Shown in pieces: positions 9,492 to 19,065 of a stretch of DNA of 64,000 nucleotides. The first letter of the stretch is position 1. Each line of letters starts with the position of its first letter. The position numbers and the translations under genes are program-made. A model generated the notes under the pieces. It had not been told where the DNA came from and made no database searches. It saw only the letters and a program-made list of their open reading frames with translations. Location of the stretch: assembly GCA_964481205.1 (NCBI GenBank), contig CAYZYE010000003.1, forward strand, positions 857 to 64,856, in the 5' to 3' direction. The DNA is from an uncultured Anaerolineae bacterium (lineage in GTDB: Bacteria > Chloroflexota > Anaerolineae > JAFGEY01).

Positions 9492-10778
9492 TCAGGCCGG
9501 GGCAACGCCCATCGCTGCGGCCACTCGCTGCCCCAATTCGACGGCAAAGTTGGTGCCGCGGTCCCACGGGTAGACGTGGTGCAGACAGGCCCAATAGAGA
9601 TTGGGCAGCACGGGCGTCTCGGCCAAAGGGATCTGCTGCGAATGGTTGACTCTGGGCACGGGCTGCGCATAAGGCTCGCTAAACGCCCACCTGGCTCGCA
9701 CCCAGTCGTCGTCAAAATCGGGACGGACTCGGAGCAGCGCCGGCCGGTAACGGTCATACAATTCTTGGGCCGAAAGACCCATTTCGGGCGCATCTGCGGC
9801 CACATAATCGCCCAGGTAGACAATGATGTCGCCATGATAGTGCGCCTTGTCCTGATAATTGGTGTGCTCGACCATCGACAGGCAAGGAAATTCGCCCTGT
9901 GGCAAATTGAGCCAATACGTGCCCCCGGTGAGAATCGAACGTTTGAGCGCCAGGATCAGCACCACCGCTCCCGTCGATTGAAAGCGGTTCCCATCTCGAT
10001 AGCGATCCGGCAACTGGGCGACCATCTCGGTCAGTTTTCGGGGCGATGTCGTGGTCAACACGCGGTCGAACGTCTCGACGACGCCATCGGCCAGAGTCAA
10101 AGTCACCTGGCCGTCTGCCTGGGTGATCGCGCTGACGGGACGGCCAAGGCAGACCTGACCGCCGCACTCTTGCACAGCCTGAGCCAGGCGGTCGATAAAA
10201 ACCTGAAATCCCCCCTCAAAGTAGCCAAGCTGCGGGGTGCGGGCCGCGATACGCGCCCAGAACCAGGCCATATTGACCCGATCAAAGTTGGCCTTGAACT
10301 TGCCGCGCAGCATCGGCTCCCACAACTCGCGGTAGGTCCGCTCGCCCAACGCGCGACGCAGCCATTGATGCGCGGTGACATGTTCCAGACGAACGCCATT
10401 TCGCACCAGGTAGCGCAAATAGGCGATCACCACGCCGGCGCGGATATTGAGCCAAAAAGGCAAATTGGGGTACCGGGCCACGGCGATCGGGTTGTCATAA
10501 ATGTATGGCTGCCCGTTGACCCACAGCGACGTTTTGGGACTGGAAAAGGTCAACGGCGTGTGCAGCTCTTGCGCCAGAGCCACAATCTCTTTGTCGCCGG
10601 CAAAGATGTGACGATAAAATCGATCCAGCGTCCAGTCCCATCCGGCAACGCGGAAACCCGAAGACAGCCCGCCGGCGATGGATTCGGCCTCGTATACGAT
10701 CACGCGGTGCCCCTGTTTGCTCAATTCATACGCGGCGCTGAGGCCGGTGATGCCCGCGCCGACAATGCCTATTTTCAT
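9492..10778 (-). CDS. FAD-dependent oxidoreductase (amine oxidase/phytoene desaturase-like fold)
   Basis: N-terminal dinucleotide motif MKIGIVGAGITGLSAAYEL. The ATG at 10776-10778 is preceded by a GGGAGGGG RBS. Confidence 0.7.
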   Translation of the reverse strand: MKIGIVGAGITGLSAAYELSKQGHRVIVYEAESIAGGLSSGFRVAGWDWTLDRFYRHIFAGDKEIVALAQELHTPLTFSSPKTSLWVNGQPYIYDNPIAVARYPNLPFWLNIRAGVVIAYLRYLVRNGVRLEHVTAHQWLRRALGERTYRELWEPMLRGKFKANFDRVNMAWFWARIAARTPQLGYFEGGFQVFIDRLAQAVQECGGQVCLGRPVSAITQADGQVTLTLADGVVETFDRVLTTTSPRKLTEMVAQLPDRYRDGNRFQSTGAVVLILALKRSILTGGTYWLNLPQGEFPCLSMVEHTNYQDKAHYHGDIIVYLGDYVAADAPEMGLSAQELYDRYRPALLRVRPDFDDDWVRARWAFSEPYAQPVPRVNHSQQIPLAETPVLPNLYWACLHHVYPWDRGTNFAVELGQRVAAAMGVAPA

Positions 10779-10867
10779 ATCCCCTCCCAAAACCGTAAAA
10801 CCATATCCCACCCATTTGGGCAATTCCAGAAAAATAATTGTCCCAGATTAGCATAAAATAAACAAAT

Positions 10868-10972
10868 TTATGGAATTGCTCGAGCTTTTCCAGTCCGTTT
10901 CAGAGGCAACCTGGGCAACAGGCGCCAGTGCTTGCGAGCTTGTTTGAAAACCGGAAAAGCCTTACTGCCCGG
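10868..10972. repeat. Inverted-repeat arm downstream of the LuxR-Kelch gene
   Basis: Its reverse complement (CCGGGCAGTAAGGCTTTTCCGGTTTTCAAA...AACGGACTGGAAAAG) matches 12376-12447 (CCGGTCAAG..GGAAGGCTTTTCCAGTTTTCAAAA...AGCGGACTGGAAAAAC). Confidence 0.5.
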
Positions 10973-12326
10973 TGACGCCCGGTATGTACAAGACATAGAG
11001 CGCCCGGTACGCCTTGTTGACGTCGAGGATGCCGTCGTGCCAGCCGCCCAGAGCATAGAGCGTCACGCCGTCTGTAGCGACGCCCATCTCGTACCACTCT
11101 TGAAGAAATGGCGATTTGAACCCTTGCCAGACGCCCTGGGCGGGATTGGCGTCGGCGGGCGTAAAAATCTCATTGTCCAGGACAAAACTCGACCCCAGTC
11201 CCCCGCCCACAATGTGCATTTTGCCATTGATCTCTACGGCGCCAATGCCCCCTCGCGGGCTGTTCATCGACGGGCAGGCAGCCCATTCGTCGGCGTTGGG
11301 ATCATAGACCTCGCAAGTCGCCAGTTCCGACTCGCCATCGTACCCGCCAACAACATAGATGTGATCGTTGAGCGTCACGGCAGCGCCATAGCCGCGCGGC
11401 GTGAGCATCCCGGCCAATTCGGCCCACCGATCTTGCTGCGGGTCATAGCGATACGAGCCGGCCAGCGGCGCCCGGCCATCCCACCCGCCAAACAAGTACA
11501 GATCGCCGGCATACGCCGTCGCGGCATAAGCGCAGGCCGCCTGCGGCATCGACTGCGCCGCGCGCCAACTCCCCAACGCGCCGTCGTTTGGATCGTATAC
11601 CTGGAGAGTGTTGGTTACTGTATCATCAGACAGCATGCCGCCGGGAAGCAGTATCTTGCCGCGCAACGAGACCGCTTGCACGTTCGATACGGCTGTGATC
11701 TGGGGCGCGCCGCTGACCCAGGTGTTGGTCTGAATATAATAGATCTCGACCGCATCGCTGACGCCGTCGGCGGTGACGCCGGCGATGGCGAAAATGCGAT
11801 GGTTGTCATAGACGACGGCCAATTTGCTGCGCGGCGTCGGCATCGGGGGCAACGTTTTCCAGCGGTCGCCGGACAATGCCGGCGGTTGCCGCGCCGGGGT
11901 CGGCGTGTCTGGCACGGGCAGTGGTTTGAGCGGGCGCGGGCGCGTGACCCATACGCCGAGGGCAATCGCCAGGGCGGCAATGAGCATATAAACGCGCTTC
12001 CAGCGCGCCAGCGGCGGCGCAACCGGCGCGGAGACGGGCACGGCGTCCCGGACAACCTGGGGCGAAACAGATTCCGGTGTCTCCGGCTCGGGAGCAGGCG
12101 TCTCTGGAATGCCCAGTTTCACCCAACCACTCTGAATCGCCACCATCGTTGCCTCGGTGCGCGAGCGGACGTTCAACTTGGCATAGATGTTGCGCAAATG
12201 CACCTTGACCGTGTTGGGACTGATGTGCAATTCCTGGGCGATCTCGCGGTTGCTCAATCCCTGGCTCAACAAATGGAGCAACTCTAATTCGCGTTCGCTG
12301 GGTTGTTCGATCTCTGTTTGCGACAT
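10962..12326 (-). CDS. LuxR-type HTH regulator fused to a TM helix and extracytoplasmic Kelch beta-propeller
   Basis: The N-terminus is LSNREIAQELHISPNTVKVHLRNIYAKL (GerE/LuxR HTH). A Pro-rich linker and one TM follow. Repeated YxxxG/W Kelch blades fill the C-terminal 300 aa. Confidence 0.7.
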   Translation of the reverse strand: MSQTEIEQPSERELELLHLLSQGLSNREIAQELHISPNTVKVHLRNIYAKLNVRSRTEATMVAIQSGWVKLGIPETPAPEPETPESVSPQVVRDAVPVSAPVAPPLARWKRVYMLIAALAIALGVWVTRPRPLKPLPVPDTPTPARQPPALSGDRWKTLPPMPTPRSKLAVVYDNHRIFAIAGVTADGVSDAVEIYYIQTNTWVSGAPQITAVSNVQAVSLRGKILLPGGMLSDDTVTNTLQVYDPNDGALGSWRAAQSMPQAACAYAATAYAGDLYLFGGWDGRAPLAGSYRYDPQQDRWAELAGMLTPRGYGAAVTLNDHIYVVGGYDGESELATCEVYDPNADEWAACPSMNSPRGGIGAVEINGKMHIVGGGLGSSFVLDNEIFTPADANPAQGVWQGFKSPFLQEWYEMGVATDGVTLYALGGWHDGILDVNKAYRALYVLYIPGVTGQ

Positions 12327-12375
12327 AGATTATCTTGGATTTCCGTAAAAATCCACACCCTCGCCTTTTTTCGGC

Positions 12376-12447
12376 CCGGTCAAGTGTGGAAGGCTTTTCC
12401 AGTTTTCAAAATGTCCCCTTTGAAGCGGACTGGAAAAACCTGGGCAA
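12376..12447. repeat. Inverted-repeat arm upstream of the LuxR-Kelch gene
   Basis: See the partner arm at 10868-10972. Confidence 0.5.
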
Positions 12448-13902
12448 TTACATAAAATGAATGATTGCGACGTGCGACGTGTGTTCGGTTATTTTGGCGC
12501 GTTCATCGACGCGCCAGCCGCAGACCCAAATGATCTCGCCGTCCTGCCCGATCAGCAAGGGAACGAGGTCGCGCCACCAGGCGGTCAGCCGGGCGTTGAC
12601 CAGCAACTCACTGACCAGCTTTTGTCTGCCGCCCATACCGAGCGGGCAAAATCTGTCGCCGGCGCGCCGCCGCCGCAGGAACGCCGACCGGCCAACCACG
12701 CCGGCGTCGAGAAAAGCGCGCCAGGGATCGACGTTTTGTTCCCAATCCGGGGGCAAACGATCGACCGGCACAATGTTTACCTCGACCCGCCCACTTGGCG
12801 GCAGCAGCGTCACGCCGGGGATAGTCAGCGCCAGGCGCTCGACCGTCAACGCCGGAAAATCGGGCGGCGGCACCAAGCCGGCCTCGGCGATGAACAGCCG
12901 GGTATAACCCACGGTCAAGACAACGCGGCGCGGCAGCGTCGCTTGCGCGCCAACGGCGCCTCGATGCGCCACCCGCACCGCCGCATCGACATGCTCGAAA
13001 TTGACATCGCGCAGGTTGCGGCGCAAATGTTGCACGGCGCGGCGTATCATCGCGCGCTGCAAAGAAACGTGCCAGGTCTGCCAGACGGCCCGGTCAAAGA
13101 CGACGACGCGATCACTAACTTGGGCCGTTTTATCCCAGGCATCGTCACGCAGCGTACACAACAGGTCATAATCGTCGCGGATCACCTGGGCGCTGCGACG
13201 TAAAATGACCCGCAGGTTGGGCTTGTACGCCTTTTCGAGATGCGGCAGCAATTCGTGACGCAGTTTGTTGCGATAAAATGTCGTGTCCAGGTTGGAGCGA
13301 TCGCAACGCGGTTGTAAATCGTGCGCCCGGCAGTACCGCTCAATGTCGGCGCGGGGCGTTTGCAGCAGCGGACGGATCAACCATCGCTCTTTCCCAGACG
13401 TCGATGGCGAGAGCAAACGCAGATCGGCCAATGGCGTTGCGGGCAGCATTCCGCGCAGCCCGGCCAGCCCGGCGCCGCGCAACCAGTGCATCAGGATGGT
13501 CTCACTCTGATCGTCAGCATTGTGGCCCACGGCAATGCGCGCGGCCTTGATCTCGCGCGCCGTCTCGAACAAAAAGGCGTAACGCACGCGGCGCGCGGCC
13601 TCTTCGATGCCCAGTTGGCGCTCGCGGGCGACGGCGCGCACATCGCGGGACTGGACGGTACACGGAATGCCCAACTGGGCGGCGAAATCGGCCACAAATT
13701 GAGCGTCGGCCTCGGCGTCGGCGCCACGGATGAGATGGTTGAGATGGGCAACGTGCAATGTGATGCCCAACTCTGCCTGGCAGGCATGCAACAAGTGCAT
13801 GAGACACAACGAGTCCGCCCCGCCCGACACGCCCAAGAGCACCGTGTCGCCGGGAGAAACAAGCCGTTCTCGATGAATAAAGCGGATCACATCGCGCCGC
13901 AT
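12448..13902 (-). CDS. tilS: tRNA(Ile)-lysidine synthetase
   Basis: PP-loop SGGADS (VLLGVSGGADSLCL). The ATG MRRD start at 13900-13902 was verified in the DNA. The longer ORF-track N-terminus was not used. Confidence 0.85.
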   Translation of the reverse strand: MRRDVIRFIHRERLVSPGDTVLLGVSGGADSLCLMHLLHACQAELGITLHVAHLNHLIRGADAEADAQFVADFAAQLGIPCTVQSRDVRAVARERQLGIEEAARRVRYAFLFETAREIKAARIAVGHNADDQSETILMHWLRGAGLAGLRGMLPATPLADLRLLSPSTSGKERWLIRPLLQTPRADIERYCRAHDLQPRCDRSNLDTTFYRNKLRHELLPHLEKAYKPNLRVILRRSAQVIRDDYDLLCTLRDDAWDKTAQVSDRVVVFDRAVWQTWHVSLQRAMIRRAVQHLRRNLRDVNFEHVDAAVRVAHRGAVGAQATLPRRVVLTVGYTRLFIAEAGLVPPPDFPALTVERLALTIPGVTLLPPSGRVEVNIVPVDRLPPDWEQNVDPWRAFLDAGVVGRSAFLRRRRAGDRFCPLGMGGRQKLVSELLVNARLTAWWRDLVPLLIGQDGEIIWVCGWRVDERAKITEHTSHVAIIHFM

Positions 13903-14039
13903 AAAGCTCTCACTTGGGTTGCAATAAAATCTCACGTCTCGCGCAAGTAGGGCAATTGCCCGTATGTCGGGAAATATAAATGCTTTCGTCTCGTTCTTAC
14001 GCTCTGCGTGGGAGCGTCCGGCCATTCCATCTGCTCCTG

Positions 14040-14235
14040 CCGGATCTGGCGATCCGGCAGCCGAACAAGATAAATGCGACCAGCCTCGCCTCGCCGTTTT
14101 TGGCCTGGATTTGGCAATCCAGGCCGAGCAAACCGTGGCCGCGGAATCCCCATTCCGCCGTCACCCTATGACCCCCAAATTGAAATGGGTGTGTTTCAAA
14201 TAATTTGGGCGTCCGTAGCATAGCCCCTTGTGGGC
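14040..14235. repeat. Cluster of REP-like hairpin repeats, upstream of the 14326 ORF
   Basis: Hairpins CTGCCGGATCTGGCGATCCGGCAG, GGCCTGGATTTGGCAATCCAGGCC, CGGCGGAATCCCCATTCCGCCG. A ~55-bp block GGGTGTGTTTCAAATAATTTGGGCGTCCGTAGCATAGCCCCTTGTGGG also occurs inverted at 50100-50165. Confidence 0.65.
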
Positions 14236-14280
14236 GCGGCCGGCGCCGTCCGTATACGGCGGCGCATTTTGCTGCCTGAC

Positions 14281-14300
14281 CAAAAAACTGCTATACTGGG
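14281..14300 (+). promoter_or_regulatory. Putative sigma70-like promoter (TTGCTG-17 nt-TATACT) for the 14326 ORF
   Basis: The hexamers were read directly. The spacing is 17 nt. Confidence 0.3.
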
Positions 14301-14325
14301 GGCATCGCTACACTTGGAGGTGGTT

Positions 14326-14847
14326 ATGAGCCAGTTGCTTTATCTCGACGCCGGCCAGACGGTCACTTTTGAACTTGAAAACGCGGTGCCGATCTTGCGC
14401 GAGCGCTATGCCTCGCCGCAAGCGGGCGTGATCGAACTGCGCGGCTTTTTCAACCCCAAAGCCTATATGGAAACGCTCGACGGCGTGCGCTATCGCATGC
14501 TCTCGGCGAAACACGACAAGCGATACCCGGGGCAAATCGCTTACCCGGTCGTGCGTTTGCCGGACAAAACCGAGCTTTTTCGTCTCTTGACGCCGACGGT
14601 CGCCTTGAAAGAAAAACGAGGGCCGGCCAAATTGCGCTTTACCACCGTGTTCGACGACCAGGCCTACATTTTCAAGCGCTCGACGCGGCTGGGACGGGCA
14701 TTTGAAATCTGGGATGGGATGGAGATGCACCGCGTGGTACAGCGAGAACGTGCGCCCAAGTTGATCCTGGACTCACTCGTGTTGATCGAGGCGCCGGCGC
14801 TGCTGGTCTTGCTTTTGCCCTGGTTCGACAGCCAGTTTCTGAATTAG
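14326..14847 (+). CDS. Hypothetical protein (174 aa)
   Basis: The ATG at 14326 has a GGAGG RBS 5 nt upstream and a putative TTGCTG-17-TATACT promoter. No recognisable domain. Hairpin repeats lie on both sides. Confidence 0.4.
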   Translation: MSQLLYLDAGQTVTFELENAVPILRERYASPQAGVIELRGFFNPKAYMETLDGVRYRMLSAKHDKRYPGQIAYPVVRLPDKTELFRLLTPTVALKEKRGPAKLRFTTVFDDQAYIFKRSTRLGRAFEIWDGMEMHRVVQRERAPKLILDSLVLIEAPALLVLLLPWFDSQFLN

Positions 14848-14924
14848 CGCCGCGTCTATCGGCGATCATTCGCACTTGCACAAACCCGCATAGTCCGCCC
14901 ATCCAGACGAATGTATTTCACTTT

Positions 14925-15060
14925 TGGGGCGAAACCGGGCCTCGGAATAGGGATTCCGAGGCTGCGGATTGGACAAACCGTGGCGGCGGAATCCCCACCT
15001 GTGGCGGCGGAATCCCCATTCCGCCGTCACCCCCTGACCCCCAAAATCGAATACACCCAG
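14925..15060. repeat. Second REP-like hairpin cluster, downstream of the 14326 ORF
   Basis: CTCGGAATAGGGATTCCGAG and a tandem GTGGCGGCGGAATCCCCA(CC/TT)... repeat the motifs of 14040-14235. Confidence 0.6.
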
Positions 15061-15092
15061 CGCCGTCTGTTTACGACGGCGCAGAATTACCT

Positions 15093-16514
15093 CTAGTATG
15101 CGTTCTTGTTCGACCCAAAGGCGAAAAAGGTTCTGAGCAGAATCTTGATGTCCAACCACAACGACCAATTCTCAATGTACCACAGGTCGTACTTTATTCG
15201 TTCGGGGATCGACGTATCTCCGCGCAAACCATTGACCTGCGCCCAACCGGACATACCACCCTTTTCACGGTGCCGGTCCATATAGCGCGGAATGCTGCGC
15301 CGAAACTGCTCGACATAGATCGGACGCTCCGGTCGCGGCCCGACCAGACTCATTTCGCCCAAAAAAACATTGATCAGCTGTGGCAATTCGTCCAGGTTGG
15401 TGCGTCGCAGCAACTCGCCCAATTTGGTGCGGCGAGGGTCATCCCCGGTCGTCCAACCGGGGCCATCCTGCTCGGCGTTTTGCCGCATCGACCTGAACTT
15501 GATCATCCAAAACGGCTTTCCGTCCAACCCCATCCGCTCTTGAGCATACAAAACCGGGCCGGGCGAGTCGAGTTTGATCAGCAGGGCAATAAACAACAAA
15601 AAAGGCGAGATCACGATCAGCCCCACCGTAGCGCCGACCAGATCCATCGCGCGTTTGAACCCCTTTTTCCAGCCGTGCATCTCTACGTCATGCACGGTGA
15701 GCAAGGGCAAACCGTTCAAATCGCCGATGCTCATCTCTGAGGCCATAATCTGGAACAAGTCGGGGAAAATTTTAATATTGACGCGCCCACCGCGCTCACA
15801 CAAGGCAATGATCCGCAACAATTCCTCGTGACGTTCTTCGGGTTCGCCCACAATCACCTCGGCGATGTGGTGAGCGCGAATCAGCTCTGGCAGCTGCTCT
15901 ACCGTCCCGATGACCGGCACGCCCTGAATACGCCGCCCCGGCTCGCCGTTGACCACCCCCACCAGTCGATACCCCGTTTCGGGAGAGGCGACGAGTTTTT
16001 GGACGATCATTTGCCCCACCGGGCCGCTGCCCACAACCAGCACGTTTTCTTGCGACCAGCCACGACCGCGCAAAAAAGCGCGCCCCCGGCGGTGCAAGAT
16101 GCGCCCGCCGCCGACCAGCAAGATGGACAGCAGCCAGGCATAAATGACCATCCCGCGCGAATAATCCAGTTCGAGCAACGTGTTCTTGAAAATCAGCGAA
16201 GTGCAGGCAATGGCGAGCAGCGTGCCGATCGAGACGGCGCCGGCGGTCGAGGCGAACTCGTCCACCCACGGCTGCGCGCGCTGGTCGCGATAGAGACTGT
16301 AAAAAAAAGCCGTGATCAGCACCGACAAAATTTGCACGACCATCATCCCCAAATATTCTCGAAAAGCGCCAATATGTTCGGGCGGCGCCGGCCAGTGGAT
16401 GATCAGCCGCAAATAGTAGGCCATATAAAAAGCCACACCGATCAAGACGGCGTCCATCAAGACCAGGGTGATCGTGAACCAGGTATCGGCATGCGCCTTG
16501 ATTCGTTGCATCAT
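15093..16514 (-). CDS. Exopolysaccharide/O-antigen priming polyprenyl glycosylphosphotransferase (bacterial sugar transferase family)
   Basis: The C-terminal Bac_transf signature is [12 protein letters not shown]...KFRSM...[10 protein letters not shown]...SLVGPRP. Multi-TM N-terminus. The ATG at 16512-16514 forms an ATGA overlap with the upstream GT2 stop. Confidence 0.85.
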   Translation of the reverse strand: MMQRIKAHADTWFTITLVLMDAVLIGVAFYMAYYLRLIIHWPAPPEHIGAFREYLGMMVVQILSVLITAFFYSLYRDQRAQPWVDEFASTAGAVSIGTLLAIACTSLIFKNTLLELDYSRGMVIYAWLLSILLVGGGRILHRRGRAFLRGRGWSQENVLVVGSGPVGQMIVQKLVASPETGYRLVGVVNGEPGRRIQGVPVIGTVEQLPELIRAHHIAEVIVGEPEERHEELLRIIALCERGGRVNIKIFPDLFQIMASEMSIGDLNGLPLLTVHDVEMHGWKKGFKRAMDLVGATVGLIVISPFLLFIALLIKLDSPGPVLYAQERMGLDGKPFWMIKFRSMRQNAEQDGPGWTTGDDPRRTKLGELLRRTNLDELPQLINVFLGEMSLVGPRPERPIYVEQFRRSIPRYMDRHREKGGMSGWAQVNGLRGDTSIPERIKYDLWYIENWSLWLDIKILLRTFFAFGSNKNAY

Positions 16515-17449
16515 CTTTCCTGCTCCGCAACAACGACTGGCGCCCTGCCGCCGCGCACGACCTCGGCCGCCATCGCCCAGCCGCCTTTGAGAAAAATGCC
16601 CAGAACAATGAGCCAGCCAAACCAAAAAGGCGTGCTCGCGGCATAGTGCTTTTGATAAAAGAGATACATTGCGCGATAAAATTCATAGCGCGCCTTGCGG
16701 CTGTGCCGGCTCGACGCGCCTTTATAATGCAACACTTGAACGTCGGCCTTGTAATAGATTTGCCACCCGGCTTGCTTGATCCGAAAAGCCCAATCCAGGT
16801 CCTCGCCGTACATGAAAAACGTCTCGTCGAGCAGGCCAACTTGATCGATGGCCTGGCGACGCACGAGCATAAACGCGCCATTGACCGCATCGACCGGCGT
16901 GGACAGTGACGGGTCGAGATAGGTCATATTGTAACGGGCAAACCGCTCGCTCTTGGGAAAGAGTTTGCTCAAGCCGAGAATGTGATAGGCCGACACCACA
17001 GGCGACGGAAAAGCACGCCGGCACGCCTTGTCGAACGAACCGTCCTGGCGAACCAGACGCGGCCCGGCCGCGCCGACATTGGGATGGGCGTCCAAATAAG
17101 CAATCATTTCACTCAACGCCGTGGGCGGCAGCCGCGTATCGGGATTGAGCAACAACGCATAGCGCGGGCGGGCGTCGCCAGTTGGCGACGCTTTGCCCGG
17201 ATTGTCAAAGCCAAAGGCGCGCAGCCCCAGATTGTTGGCATAAGGATAGCCACCGTTGGTCTCGCTGGCGATCAACTCGACCTGCGGAAATTCGGCCTCG
17301 ACCATCTCGCAGCTATTGTCGCCGGAACAATTGTCGATGACGCAAACCCGGTACGTGAAATCCCCCTCGCTGTCGTAAATGGACTGCAAACAGTCCCGCA
17401 GCAAGCGCGGAGTTTGATAATTTACGATAATAATTGCCAAATCAAGCAT
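16511..17449 (-). CDS. Glycosyltransferase family 2
   Basis: IIIVNYQTP...DNCSGD (DxD) GT-A motifs. Confidence 0.8.
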   Translation of the reverse strand: MLDLAIIIVNYQTPRLLRDCLQSIYDSEGDFTYRVCVIDNCSGDNSCEMVEAEFPQVELIASETNGGYPYANNLGLRAFGFDNPGKASPTGDARPRYALLLNPDTRLPPTALSEMIAYLDAHPNVGAAGPRLVRQDGSFDKACRRAFPSPVVSAYHILGLSKLFPKSERFARYNMTYLDPSLSTPVDAVNGAFMLVRRQAIDQVGLLDETFFMYGEDLDWAFRIKQAGWQIYYKADVQVLHYKGASSRHSRKARYEFYRAMYLFYQKHYAASTPFWFGWLIVLGIFLKGGWAMAAEVVRGGRAPVVVAEQER

Positions 17450-17583
17450 ACCAAAAATATTGTCCAGTCACCATACAATTTTATCAATGTCATTGCAAGT
17501 ATAGAGCAACTGAAATATTGTACTCAAAACCCGCCTTCCAGGCAAAATCGCCGCGCAGCGAGGCGCGCCGCCGTCAGGCGCAC

Positions 17584-19065
17584 CTATTCGACAGGCTCGT
17601 CCTGCCCAACCACCAACCGCTGCACCTGCTCCCAGCAGCGCACGATCTGCTGCATCTCTTTCCGGCTGTCCGGCGCTTCGCCGTAATGCACGCGCACATA
17701 GGCCTCGGTGATCGTATCGACCGCTTCGCGCCCCTCTGGAAACGCCCGGTACAACGTGCGCCGGTGCTCATACGGCGTCGTCGCCGGCCGGCGTGGATGG
17801 CCGGCCTCGGCGGCCAGGTCGACCATACTGGCGTAAATCTTGCGGATCGACGCCGCCGAACGCTTTTTACGGTCGCCCAGTTGAGACATCCAGGCGCGTA
17901 CATTGTCCAACCCTTGCCGCAAACTGTTTTTCAAATCATCGACCAGGTCTTGCGCCGACCACACCGACTCGCGGTCGAGATCGTCTTCCTTTTCGCGCTC
18001 TGCCATCAACCGACGAATCATCCTCGCCACCAGCAGCAAACCGCCCACCAGCGCGAGCGCGATCAAGATCGAGTTACAATACGAAAACCACTCGCGAAAA
18101 TCCTCGGCGCCCTGATCGAGAATCGGGCTGAACATCGGCGACGCAAACAATGTCTCATCCTGCCCGCTGCGGTTCCGCTCGACCAAATGAATCAGATCGA
18201 CCAGCCATTCGAGCAATGGGTAAAACAAATAAAACAACACACCGATGCCATACCAGGCTATCTGCCTGAAAAAGTCAATCGCCGGCCGCAAGCGATTGAG
18301 CAGCGCCGTCAAAACCTGCCTGGAGAACAAAGCCGCCAGGAGCAGCGCCAACCCCAAACTGCTCAACGAAGAACCGATCAACACCGCCACCCACTGCTTA
18401 CTACCCAGCGAACTGTCGTGGATGCCACCCACCTCCAACATACGCGCCAGAGCAATGCTGATCAAACCAAAAACAAAACAAGCGGCCACAGCGCCGATCA
18501 AATTCTCGCGCTGGCCCAACATGGCAACCAAAAAATAGGCCAGCAAAACAACAATCCCAACCCGAAAATGGAACCCGACCTGCCGCACATCGTACCCCTT
18601 GCGGCTCAAAACGATCCCCCGCCACCAACACACAAAAAGCACGCCAATGACCACCAGATCGGGCGGCAACCCCACCATGGCGCTAAAAAGCCGGTCCGTC
18701 GAAGCGACCAACCATCCCAGGTCGCCCAACGCATAATCGCCGTACAAAACCAGGCGGAGCGTCGCCACGATGGTCAAAATCATCAACCCGGCGACAACCG
18801 CCTGCCGTCGGTCAGCAGTCAGCGCGGTACGATTGAGCAAACTGGCGCACAAATAAGGCACCCACATCAACGCGCACATTCCCAAAAACGAAATCGCGTG
18901 TACCCGATTCTGCGCCAGCGCATTGAACAACAAATACCAGGGATAGATCACGCCGGCTTCCATCGCCGCCAAACTGAGATACAACAACTCTTCAACCCAG
19001 TCAATGCCGGCCCAGCGAATCGAGGTCAAATCGCGCCAAAAACCGCCCTGTTCAGCCGCGTTCAC
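17584..19065 (-). CDS. Multi-pass membrane protein with C-terminal DUF4129-like domain
   Basis: About 10 TM helices, then a cytoplasmic tail with a TPYEHRRTL motif typical of DUF4129. It overlaps the DUF58 gene by 14 nt. Confidence 0.55.
   Translation of the reverse strand: MNAAEQGGFWRDLTSIRWAGIDWVEELLYLSLAAMEAGVIYPWYLLFNALAQNRVHAISFLGMCALMWVPYLCASLLNRTALTADRRQAVVAGLMILTIVATLRLVLYGDYALGDLGWLVASTDRLFSAMVGLPPDLVVIGVLFVCWWRGIVLSRKGYDVRQVGFHFRVGIVVLLAYFLVAMLGQRENLIGAVAACFVFGLISIALARMLEVGGIHDSSLGSKQWVAVLIGSSLSSLGLALLLAALFSRQVLTALLNRLRPAIDFFRQIAWYGIGVLFYLFYPLLEWLVDLIHLVERNRSGQDETLFASPMFSPILDQGAEDFREWFSYCNSILIALALVGGLLLVARMIRRLMAEREKEDDLDRESVWSAQDLVDDLKNSLRQGLDNVRAWMSQLGDRKKRSAASIRKIYASMVDLAAEAGHPRRPATTPYEHRRTLYRAFPEGREAVDTITEAYVRVHYGEAPDSRKEMQQIVRCWEQVQRLVVGQDEPVE

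Noticed and set aside
9123-10856. 577-aa plus-strand ORF
   Set aside because: It is antisense to the acpS and FAD oxidoreductase genes. No domain is present.
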